A stretch of DNA of 64,000 nt. It comes from Geminicoccaceae bacterium (GTDB lineage: Bacteria; Pseudomonadota; Alphaproteobacteria; Geminicoccales; Geminicoccaceae). The position numbers were made by a program, and so were the translations under genes. The DNA is taken from assembly GCA_023512415.1 (NCBI GenBank), contig JAILZQ010000001.1:20008-84007 (forward strand). Direction: 5' to 3'. Under the pieces are notes generated by a model, which made no database searches, was not told where the DNA came from, and saw only the letters and a list, made by a program, of their open reading frames with translations. Below are positions 38,021 to 45,789 of the stretch, in pieces (within the stretch, counting starts at the first letter, position 1; each line of letters begins with the position of its first letter).

Positions 38021-38308
38021 GGGATTTGGTCGCGCTCGGCCGGTCGTGCCGGCCCCGGGGATCGGCACGCACCCGCCCGGTCGGGATCGAACGCGGCACC
38101 CGACGATCCCCCGGGAGCGGGTCGCGATCCTCCGGGACTTGGTCGCGGCCGGGTTCGGGACTTGGTCGCGCCGGCCGATCGTCCCTCGGGAGATGGTCGC
38201 GATCCTCCGGGAGATGGTCGCGGTCGAGGCCGATTCGTCCTCCGGGAGATGGTCGCGCACGGCCGCCGATTCGGGACTTGGTCGCGCGGGATTCGGGATT
38301 TGGTCGCG
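38021..38308 (+). repeat. Iteron array: nine direct copies of GGGA-NN-TGGTCGCG
   Basis: Copies start at 38021, 38113 (variant GGGAGCGGGTCGCG), 38134, 38157, 38188, 38209, 38244, 38273 and 38295. Spacing is mostly 21-23 or 29-35 nt. A degenerate copy lies near 37999. Confidence 0.85.
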
Positions 38309-38310
38309 TC

Positions 38311-38350
38311 TCTATAAAGGAATCAAAAAGAATCTTGCAAAATAAGAAAG
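38311..38350. other. AT-rich block (DNA-unwinding-element candidate) adjoining the iterons
   Basis: TCTATAAAGGAATCAAAAAGAATCTTGCAAAATAAGAAAG has 10/40 G+C by hand count, against about 70% for the surrounding sequence. Confidence 0.6.
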
Positions 38351-38360
38351 CGCGTGCCGC

Positions 38361-38375
38361 CGCGACCAAATCCCG
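38361..38375. promoter_or_regulatory. Inverted iteron copy upstream of repA (autoregulatory operator candidate)
   Basis: CGCGACCAAATCCCG is the reverse complement of CGGGATTTGGTCGCG. It lies between the AT-rich block and the rep start. Confidence 0.5.
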
Positions 38376-38440
38376 AATCGACAAACCGGTTCCGATGCTG
38401 GTATCGGAAGCGAGCCGACGGTCGATCACGGCAGGGCACG

Positions 38441-39403
38441 ATGGCTGCCGAGCACGAACTGATCATGCGCGAAGGTCTGGACGCGGCGCTGCGTCGGGCC
38501 AGCAACGCACGCGAGCGGGCCCAACTCCGGCTCGCCGCCGACATCCTGGTTCAGGAGGCGGAGAACCCCGCCGCCACCACCCACCTCCACTCGATCCTCT
38601 GCACGATCTACCTGCCGCATCGGCGGACCGAGCCGGATCTCGCCTGGCAACGCTCGAACGGCGAGGGCGCCACCCTCATGATCCAACCGACCAAGGACGA
38701 GCAGGGCCGCTATTACGGCGTTCCCTATGGTGCCACCGGGCGGCTCATGATGATCTACCTGCAGAACGAGGCTTACCGGAACCGCTCGCGGCAAGTCGAA
38801 CTCGGCCGGTCGATGCACGCCTGGCTGCGAGCCATGGGCGTCGATTCGTCGGGCAAGGGATACCGCGCCGCCCGCGAGCAGGCGCTGCGGATCGAACGCT
38901 CGCTCGTCACCGTCGCCTATGTCGGTCCGAACGGCAAGGAGCGGTGGCAGGACACGATCATCCGCGGCTCGTTCAACCTCCTGCCACCGGACGAGAGCGG
39001 CGGCCGCCAGCAGGAGTTGTTCCCGCAACTGATCCAGCTCTCGGAAAGCTTCTACGAGGCCTTGATCCGCCATCCGGCGGTGCTCTTCGAGCCGGCGATC
39101 AAGGCTTTGGCCGGCAAGAGCTTGGCCCTCGACGTCTATCTCTGGCTCGCCTATCGGCTGCACGCCCTCGAGCGGCCGACCCGGATCGGCTGGAAGAGCC
39201 TGCACCAGGCCTTCGGGCCGAACTACGACCGGGAGCGCGACTTCCGCGCCAAGTTCAAGGAGGCCCTCAAAGAGGCCCTCCTCGTCTATCCCCAGGCGAT
39301 CGTCGAGCTCGTCGAAGACGGCGTGCACCTCTCCCCCTCGGCCCCGCCGGCGCCACCGCGGAGCGTCCATTACCTGGACATGCGCCGGCTCGCCCACCGT
39401 TGA
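38441..39403 (+). CDS. repA: Plasmid-type replication initiator protein (RepA family)
   Basis: 320 aa from ATG 38441 (track ORF starts at GTG 38354). LHSILCTIYLPHRR...WQRSNGEGATLMIQP...GVPYGATGRLMMIYLQNEAYRNRSRQVELGRSMHAWLRAMG matches my memory of plasmid-encoded RepA initiators. It is immediately preceded by iterons. Confidence 0.8.
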   Translation: MAAEHELIMREGLDAALRRASNARERAQLRLAADILVQEAENPAATTHLHSILCTIYLPHRRTEPDLAWQRSNGEGATLMIQPTKDEQGRYYGVPYGATGRLMMIYLQNEAYRNRSRQVELGRSMHAWLRAMGVDSSGKGYRAAREQALRIERSLVTVAYVGPNGKERWQDTIIRGSFNLLPPDESGGRQQELFPQLIQLSESFYEALIRHPAVLFEPAIKALAGKSLALDVYLWLAYRLHALERPTRIGWKSLHQAFGPNYDRERDFRAKFKEALKEALLVYPQAIVELVEDGVHLSPSAPPAPPRSVHYLDMRRLAHR

Positions 39404-39429
39404 AGGACGGTTCGAGGAAAAGATCCTTC

Positions 39430-39443
39430 GGGAGATGGTCGCG
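39430..39443 (+). repeat. Isolated iteron copy downstream of repA, overlapping the bphO start codon
   Basis: GGGAGATGGTCGCG is identical to the copies at 38188, 38209 and 38244. Its internal ATG (39435) is the predicted bphO start. Confidence 0.6.
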
Positions 39444-40136
39444 CCCACGGGATCGCCGCGAGCCCCTCGCTCGGGGCTCGCGGATGCCCTTCGAGAGGGT
39501 ACTCGTGAGCTGCATCGACGCGCCGAGCGGACCGGGGTGATCGCCGAGCTGCTCGCCGGCCGGGTCCGTCCCACCGCTTATCTTCTGTTCGCCTTCAACC
39601 TCTTGCCGGTCTACGCCGCCCTCGAAGCTGCCCTGCTCGACCAGGCCCATCTGCCGGCGCTCGGAGCACTCTTCCGTCCCGAACTCGCGCGGAGCCGGCC
39701 GCTCGCCCGGGACGTCGCGGTTCTCGCCGAGCGCTCACCGGCCACGCCGCTGCGTCTGCTCGCGGAAAGCGTGACCCATCGCCGGCGGATCGAGACGATC
39801 GCCCGGACCCTTCCGGAGCGGCTCCTCGCCCACGCCTATGTCCGCTATCTGGGCGATCTGAGCGGCGGGCAGGTTCTCCGTCGGCTCCTCGCGCGGACCC
39901 CCGGCATCGGGCCCGAGGCGGTGCGGTTCTACGAGTTCCCGGATCTCGACGATCTGCCCCGCGCGAAGGCCGCCTATCGGCGGGCGATCGACGAGGCGGG
40001 AGCGCATCTGCTCGATCCGGCCGGGGTGATCGAGGAAGCGCGCGAGGCCTTCCAGCTCACCATCGCCCTCGCCCGGGCGGTGGACGCGGCCTCACCGGAG
40101 CCTCAGGCCGGGTCCCGGCCGCCCTCGCGCGTGTGA
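39435..40136 (+). CDS. bphO: Heme oxygenase (biliverdin-producing, phytochrome-associated)
   Basis: 233 aa. LADALREGTRELHRRAERTG...AHAYVRYLGDLSGGQVL is the heme-oxygenase signature. It lies adjacent to bphP. Confidence 0.8.
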   Translation: MVAPTGSPRAPRSGLADALREGTRELHRRAERTGVIAELLAGRVRPTAYLLFAFNLLPVYAALEAALLDQAHLPALGALFRPELARSRPLARDVAVLAERSPATPLRLLAESVTHRRRIETIARTLPERLLAHAYVRYLGDLSGGQVLRRLLARTPGIGPEAVRFYEFPDLDDLPRAKAAYRRAIDEAGAHLLDPAGVIEEAREAFQLTIALARAVDAASPEPQAGSRPPSRV

Positions 40137-42277
40137 GCGACGATCTGCTCGAGCAGGGCGGTTGCCCGGCCGAGCGAGGCGCGCACGCTCTCGAGCATGT
40201 CGGAGACCCGGGCGAGGTCGGCGCCGTCGGTGATCTCGAGCGCCGCGAGCTGGGCGTTGCCGACGATCGCCTGGAGGAGCCGGCGGAACAGGAGATCGGC
40301 CTCGCTCTGGAGGCGGCTCGCGACGAGCCGATGGCGCTCGAGGATGTCGGCCTGCAGACGGTGGCGTGCCGCCTGGGCGGTCCGCTCGCCGCTCAGGTCC
40401 GAGAACATGAGGACGAAGCCCAAGAGCCGTCCGGGTGGGACGAGGACCGGATCGGCGCGGACCGAGAGCAAGAGCGGTTCGCCGCCGAGCCGCGGGAGCT
40501 GGATCTCGGCCCGCCAGGTCCGCCGGTCCTCGACGAGTTCGCGCAAGCCCAGGCGCGCCGCGTCGGGGTCGGCCAATCGGGCCGGTAACTCGTCGAGCCG
40601 GCGGGGCGGCTGTTGGTCGCCGCCGAAGAGGGCGTGCAGGCCGCGATTGGCCATCAAGATCCGGCCCTGCGCGTCGGCGATCAGCACCGCCTGCTCGGCC
40701 GTGTCGACCTGACGGCCGATCTGGTCGAGCTGATCTTGGGCGATCAACAGGCGGACGGCACGGAATTGGAGGACCAGATCGCGCAGCGTGTCGCCGATCA
40801 GCCGGGCCGCGGCGAGGTCGGCCGGGCTCCAGGGATCGGCGGTGCCCTGCACGAGCTGGTGCCATTTGGCGAACGAGCGCCGCGGCGAGAGATCCTCGGG
40901 GCTGTCGCCCACCTCGACCGGCTTGAAGGGATTGCCACCCCAGGTGACCGTTCGGACCCGTTCCGGGCGGAACCACAGCAACCACTCGCCCGGCAGCGCC
41001 GAGACGCTCACCGCGAGCAGGCCGCTCGCGCTCGCCCGCAAGGGCTCGAAGGCGGGCTCGTCCAGCCCCAAGGACGCGGTCGCGACGACTCCCTCGGAAC
41101 GCCGGCGGTCGAGCCAGGCGCCGATCGCGCGCAGCTCCGCGGTGCCCGGCACCTCGCCCACGCTCGACACTTGGCCGTCGAGCAGGAGTGCCGCACCCGT
41201 CGCGCCGACCGGCTGGAGAAGCGGGGAAGCACCTTCGAACAGCGCCGAGCGCCAATCGCCTTCCCGGGCGATCGCCTCGTGCATCCGCTGCTCGAGCCGG
41301 CGGACCGAGAGCTCGGCTTGCGCTTGGAGGAAGCTCTCGAGCGCGGCGATTCGGGTCGCCACCGTCTCGGCCAGGAGCTCGCAGACGGCCCGGACTTCGT
41401 AAGCGACCCGCCTCGGCTCGTAATGATGGCAGGCGATCAACCCCCAGAGCCGGCCGCCGACCACGAGCGAGGCCACGAGCGTGGCCGCCACGCCCATGTT
41501 CTTGAGGTAGCGGATGTGGATCGGCGAGATGCTGCGCAGGAAGCAGAGCGACATGTCGAGGTCGCGACCGGTCAGCGGCGACAGGCGCGGCTCGATCGGC
41601 ACCCGCTCGGCGTCGACGTCGACCAGCACCCGGATCCGGTTGCGCTCGTAGAGCCGGCGGGCGATCTGCGGGATGTCCGAGGCGGGGTAGCGGTTGCCGA
41701 GATAGGGGTCGAGACCGGGCTCGCGGCGCTCGGCGAACACCTCACCGTGGCCTTCGGCGTCGAACCGGTAGACCATCACCCGATCGTAGCCGGTGAGGTC
41801 CTTGAAGATCCGGGTGGTTTCCTCGGCCAGGCTCTTGAGCGAGGTGCAGGCGAGGATGGCGGTCGTCGCCGTCTCGACGTGGTGGGCGAGGTCGACGGGC
41901 GGGCCGGGCCGCTCGAACTCGAGCACGAGCCCGGCCTCGGGTGGACGATGCAGGACGACGTCGAGCGGCCGGCCGTCGATCCACACCGGCCGCCGCAGCA
42001 CGACCGGCAGCCGATCGAGCGGCTGGTCGAGCCGAGCGCGGACCTGCTCGGCCAGATCGGCGGAGAGCGCCGCGAGCGAGCGGCCCGGGAGCGGCCCCTC
42101 GAGGCCGAGGAAACCGGCGGCGTTGGCACTCGCCTGGAGGACGAGCAGGTCGGGCTCGCGGACCACGAGCAACGCGCCGTGCGGTTGGATCGAGCCCGCG
42201 AGATGGATCGGCTCGCGCTCGCAGTTCGAAAGGTCGGCCTCGCCGAAAGCCGGGGCGAGCGGAGCCGCACCGGTCAC
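40103..42277 (-). CDS. bphP: Bacteriophytochrome, kinase-less (PAS-GAF-PHY + PAS/PAC + short helical output; RpBphP1-like)
   Basis: About 724 aa from GTG 42277 (track ORF runs to 42439 and overlaps ppsR). ADLSNCEREPIHLAGSIQPHG contains the biliverdin Cys. GAF/PHY motifs present (YRFD..GHGEV, ASDIPQIARRLY, RSISPIHIRYLKNMGV). The C-terminus shows no H-box and no N/G boxes. Confidence 0.9.
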   Translation of the reverse strand: MTGAAPLAPAFGEADLSNCEREPIHLAGSIQPHGALLVVREPDLLVLQASANAAGFLGLEGPLPGRSLAALSADLAEQVRARLDQPLDRLPVVLRRPVWIDGRPLDVVLHRPPEAGLVLEFERPGPPVDLAHHVETATTAILACTSLKSLAEETTRIFKDLTGYDRVMVYRFDAEGHGEVFAERREPGLDPYLGNRYPASDIPQIARRLYERNRIRVLVDVDAERVPIEPRLSPLTGRDLDMSLCFLRSISPIHIRYLKNMGVAATLVASLVVGGRLWGLIACHHYEPRRVAYEVRAVCELLAETVATRIAALESFLQAQAELSVRRLEQRMHEAIAREGDWRSALFEGASPLLQPVGATGAALLLDGQVSSVGEVPGTAELRAIGAWLDRRRSEGVVATASLGLDEPAFEPLRASASGLLAVSVSALPGEWLLWFRPERVRTVTWGGNPFKPVEVGDSPEDLSPRRSFAKWHQLVQGTADPWSPADLAAARLIGDTLRDLVLQFRAVRLLIAQDQLDQIGRQVDTAEQAVLIADAQGRILMANRGLHALFGGDQQPPRRLDELPARLADPDAARLGLRELVEDRRTWRAEIQLPRLGGEPLLLSVRADPVLVPPGRLLGFVLMFSDLSGERTAQAARHRLQADILERHRLVASRLQSEADLLFRRLLQAIVGNAQLAALEITDGADLARVSDMLESVRASLGRATALLEQIVAHTREGGRDPA

Positions 42278-42293
42278 GCGGGAAGATCCCGGC

Positions 42294-43667
42294 TCATTCC
42301 TCGCCGGTTCCCTCGCTGCTGCGTTCCGGGCCGTTCCCCTCGCCCTCGCCGCCCCCGTCGAGGCCGTACCGCTCGAGCTTGGCGTAGAGGCTCTGGCGCG
42401 AGAGGCCCAAGAGCGCAGCCGCCGCGGTCCGGTTGCCACCGGTTTGCTCGAGCGAGGCCAGGATGTGCTGGCGTTCGAGCTGCTCGACCGCTTCGCGGAC
42501 GAGCTGTTGCAGCGGTACGCGGCCGAGGGCGAATGGCGCCAAGGTCGAGCTCCGGATCGTCGGGGCCTCCGAGCGCGCGCCGCCCGCCGGTGCGCGCAGG
42601 TCGCGCAGGAGGAGGAGGATGCCGCCGTCGCGCCCCTCGGGCTCGCTCGCGGCCGTGATCTCGACTTCCGTCTCGCTGCCGAGCTCGCCGCGGATCGTGG
42701 TGAGGAAGCCGCGGATCGTGCCCTGCCGGCGGATTTGCTCGAGCAGGAGATCGCCGCCGGCCCCGGGCCGTTCGAGCCAACGGCCGAACGGCTCGCCCAC
42801 CACGCTCTCGGGACGTCCGTGTTGGACGAGATCGAGGAAGGCGCGGTTGGCGTGGCGGATCAGGCCTTCGCCGTCGAGCAGGACGAGGGCGTCCGGGAGC
42901 CGCTCGAGGAGCGCCTCGAGCCGGGCGGGGACACTGCGTTCGAAAGCGAGCGGCCCGCCCCCCACGGGGGCGAGCTGGAGGAGGAAGACGTAGCCGGGTT
43001 CGGCCACGATCGCGGTGGCCCGGGCGAGCCAAGGGCGGGCTTCGGGGCCGAGATGGAGGAGCATGCCGGGCGAGCGTCCCTGCTCACGGACCCTGAGCAG
43101 CATCGCCTGGAACGCCTCGCGGTCGGCCGGAGCGATCTCTTGGAGGAGCTCGCGGCCGTGCGGCGCGAGGCCGAGGGCGCGGATCGCCACGGGATTGGCC
43201 TCGAGGATCTCGAGATCACCGGCGCGGAGCAGGAGCACGGCCTCGCTCGAGGTGTCGAACAGGAGCCGATAGCGGGTCTCGACCTCGCGCAGTTTCCAAT
43301 AGTCGCGCTCCATCGCCTGCTGCGCGGCGATCAGCCGGGACTGCAGCTCGGCCACCGCGCGCAGGCTCCGGCCGACCGCGAGGAGCCCGGCCCGCCCGCC
43401 GAGCCGGATCGTGGTGTACTCGATCGGCAGCTCGCGGCCGCTCGGGAAGCGCTGGTTGACTTGACGGAACGCCGAGAGCCCCTCGCTGCGTGCCTCTTCG
43501 ACGATCCGCCGGATCTTGCCGGAGCCGGCCTCGTCGACGGTCTCGACCCAAGGTCGGCCGAGCCAGGGATCGACCCGCTCGGTCGACACCTCGCCCGCGA
43601 GCGTGACCTTCTGGATCACGCCCTTGAGGTCGAGGACGAGGGTGATGTCGGGTTGGTTGATGCTCAC
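42294..43667 (-). CDS. ppsR: PpsR/CrtJ-family photosynthesis gene regulator (paralogue adjacent to bphP, PpsR2-like)
   Basis: 457 aa. PAS repeats, QQAMERDYWKLREVETRYRLLFDTSSEAVL, and a C-terminal Fis-type HTH GGNRTAAAALLGLSRQSLYAKLERYGL. Confidence 0.85.
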   Translation of the reverse strand: MSINQPDITLVLDLKGVIQKVTLAGEVSTERVDPWLGRPWVETVDEAGSGKIRRIVEEARSEGLSAFRQVNQRFPSGRELPIEYTTIRLGGRAGLLAVGRSLRAVAELQSRLIAAQQAMERDYWKLREVETRYRLLFDTSSEAVLLLRAGDLEILEANPVAIRALGLAPHGRELLQEIAPADREAFQAMLLRVREQGRSPGMLLHLGPEARPWLARATAIVAEPGYVFLLQLAPVGGGPLAFERSVPARLEALLERLPDALVLLDGEGLIRHANRAFLDLVQHGRPESVVGEPFGRWLERPGAGGDLLLEQIRRQGTIRGFLTTIRGELGSETEVEITAASEPEGRDGGILLLLRDLRAPAGGARSEAPTIRSSTLAPFALGRVPLQQLVREAVEQLERQHILASLEQTGGNRTAAAALLGLSRQSLYAKLERYGLDGGGEGEGNGPERSSEGTGEE

Positions 43668-43807
43668 ACCGATGCCGGGTCGCGGATGGGTCAGACAAGC
43701 TACACCGGCTGCGGCCGCGACACCGCGTCCGACGCGATCGGAGCCAGTCTAGCGCGGCTGTTGCGACAGAGCCACGAAAACTGCGACGGCGTGCGGCGGA
43801 ATCCGAC

Positions 43808-44071
43808 TCAGCCGGAGGGCTCCGACCAGCGACCGCGCAGATCGACGAAGTGGGCGAACAAGGCGGCGGCGAGCCAGAGCAGGAGAAGCGTCTCGGAGCC
43901 GTCCGAAAGGGCGGTCCGCAAGGCCGCGAGGAGGAAGGCGCCGGCGAGCAGGTTGGGCAGCAGCCGCCGAGGAGCCGGGCCGCGACCGGTGCGTCGATGC
44001 GACAGTGCGAGGGCCACCGCTTCGACCCCGAGGAGGAGGAGGATCGCGTCGACCGGATGGAAGCTCGGCAT
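43808..44071 (-). CDS. Small hypothetical membrane protein downstream of tspO
   Basis: 87 aa from ATG 44071 with three hydrophobic segments (AILLLLGVEAVALAL, LLAGAFLLAAL, LLLLWLAAALFAHF). No homology recognised. Confidence 0.3.
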   Translation of the reverse strand: MPSFHPVDAILLLLGVEAVALALSHRRTGRGPAPRRLLPNLLAGAFLLAALRTALSDGSETLLLLWLAAALFAHFVDLRGRWSEPSG

Positions 44072-44082
44072 CGCAGCTGCGC

Positions 44083-44583
44083 TCAGCGAGCCGCGAGGAA
44101 GGGGGCGTTGAGTTCGACGATCGCGAGATTGAGGACGGCAGCGAAGGCGACCCAGGCGAGATAGGGCAGGAGCAGCCAGACGGAGGGTCGGCTGAAGCGA
44201 CGGAGGACGAGGACGAGCACGAGGATCGAGATCCAAAGAGCACCGACCTCGAGCAAGGCCCAGTCGGGCCGGCGCAGCCGGAAGAAGAGCACGCTCCAGA
44301 GGAGGTTGAGCGCGCCGTTCAAGAGGAAGAGTTCGACCACGTTGCGCCGATGGAGGGGATCCGGGGCGCGCAACCAGCCCTCGACCGCGGCCGCCGCGGC
44401 ACAGGCGTAGATCACCGTCCAGGCCGGGGCGAACAGCCAATCGGGGGGTTGCCAGGGAGGCTTGCGGAGTGCTTCGTACCAGGGACCGAGCTCGGTCGCG
44501 AGGCCGCCCAGGACGGCCACGCCCAAGGCCGTGGCGGCGGCGTAGAGGATCGCTGCACGCCGGTTCGCCGGTGCCGCGTCCAC
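44083..44583 (-). CDS. tspO: Tryptophan-rich sensory protein TspO/MBR
   Basis: 166 aa. WYEALRKPPWQPPDWLFAPAWTVIY...NLLWSVLFF...PYLAWVAFAAVLN. Confidence 0.9.
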   Translation of the reverse strand: MDAAPANRRAAILYAAATALGVAVLGGLATELGPWYEALRKPPWQPPDWLFAPAWTVIYACAAAAAVEGWLRAPDPLHRRNVVELFLLNGALNLLWSVLFFRLRRPDWALLEVGALWISILVLVLVLRRFSRPSVWLLLPYLAWVAFAAVLNLAIVELNAPFLAAR

Positions 44584-44587
44584 CGGT

Positions 44588-45787
44588 TCAGGCCGGGACC
44601 AGCCCCGAGAGATGGGCGAGGTTCTTGAAGAAGATCCGGACGTGGGCGAGCGGCCGGGCCTTGACCAGCTCCTTGTTCATGTAGGCGTCGAAGGTCAGCT
44701 CCTGGACGTCCTTGTCGCGGCAGATGGCGACGAACCGCTCGCGCCGTTCGTCGCTGCCGTACCAGTAGCGCTGCATGATGCCGAGGATCCAGAAGACCGC
44801 ACCGTGCGCCCGCAGGAAACGGCGCCGGGCGCGCGCGAGGGCGCGCGCGTCGCCGGTCGCGAGCGTCTCGTCGACCGCCTCGGCGGCGAGCCGGCCGCTT
44901 TCCATGGCGTAGAAGATCCCCTCGCCCGAGGCCGGCGCGACGACCCCGGCAGCGTCACCGGCGAGCAGGACGTCGCGGCCATTGTCCCAGCGGCGCAGGG
45001 GCTCGAGCGGGATCGGTGCGCCCTCGCGGCGGATCGTGCGAACGGAATCGAGGCCCATCCGGCGCCGATAGGTCGTGACCGATTCGCGGAGCGGGAAGCC
45101 CTTGGCGGCACTGCCGGTGCCGATCGAGAAGGTCGGCCCGTGCGGGAACAGCCAGGAATAGAAGTCGGGCGAGAGGCGGCCGTCGTAGACGACGTCGCAG
45201 CGGCCGTCGCCGTAGTCCGCGAGCCCGTCGGGCGGGCGCTCGCAGACCTCGTGATAGGCGAACACGAAGCGCCGGTCGGCGGCCTGCGGGATCGCCTGGC
45301 GGGCGACCGCCGAGTTGGCGCCGTCGGCACCGATCACGAAGCGGGCCCGGGCACCCGCGAGCGGGGCCGAAGCGGGAGCACCCTTGGCTCGCCAGAGGAC
45401 GCGGACGAGCCCGCCCGGCTCGTGTTCGAGCCGCTCGAAGGTCCCGGCGGCGCGCACGGCACCGGCGGCGGCCGCCCGTTCGCGCAGCCAGGCGTCGAAC
45501 ACGTCGCGGTCGACCATGCCGACGAAGCCGCCTTCGATGCCGATGTCGACGGCGCGTCCCTTGGGCGAGACGATCCGGGCACAGTCGATCCGGGCGACGA
45601 GCAGCGCCGGGGGAATCGCGAACCGGTCGATGGCGCGTGGCGGGATGGCGCCGCCGCAGGGCTTGATCCGGCCCTCGCGGTCGAGCAGCAAGACCAACCG
45701 GCCGAGCCTGGCGAGATCGGTGGCGGCGGTCGCACCGGCGGGGCCACCACCGACCACGATCACGTCGAAGATCGTCTCGGGACGCAT
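44588..45787 (-). CDS. bchP: Geranylgeranyl-bacteriochlorophyll(ide)/GGPP reductase
   Basis: 399 aa. FDVIVVGGGPAGATAATDLARLGRLVLLLDREGRIKPCGGAIPPR...LAGDAAGVVAPASGEGIFYAM. Confidence 0.9.
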   Translation of the reverse strand: MRPETIFDVIVVGGGPAGATAATDLARLGRLVLLLDREGRIKPCGGAIPPRAIDRFAIPPALLVARIDCARIVSPKGRAVDIGIEGGFVGMVDRDVFDAWLRERAAAAGAVRAAGTFERLEHEPGGLVRVLWRAKGAPASAPLAGARARFVIGADGANSAVARQAIPQAADRRFVFAYHEVCERPPDGLADYGDGRCDVVYDGRLSPDFYSWLFPHGPTFSIGTGSAAKGFPLRESVTTYRRRMGLDSVRTIRREGAPIPLEPLRRWDNGRDVLLAGDAAGVVAPASGEGIFYAMESGRLAAEAVDETLATGDARALARARRRFLRAHGAVFWILGIMQRYWYGSDERRERFVAICRDKDVQELTFDAYMNKELVKARPLAHVRIFFKNLAHLSGLVPA

Positions 45788-45789
45788 CC

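Noticed and set aside
38021-38308. Repeat array considered as a CRISPR array
   Set aside because: The repeats are only about 14-20 nt with irregular 7-21 nt gaps and no spacer-like unique segments. No cas genes or leader are present. The adjacent AT-rich block and rep gene fit iterons instead.
38012-38345. Short ORFs across the iterons (38046-38345 +, 38012-38260 -)
   Set aside because: Their translations merely reiterate the repeat (for example REMVAILREMVA), so they are a consequence of the repeat DNA and not coding evidence.
40613-42658. 681-aa + strand ORF opposite bphP
   Set aside because: It is antisense to a full-length bacteriophytochrome and is of low complexity.
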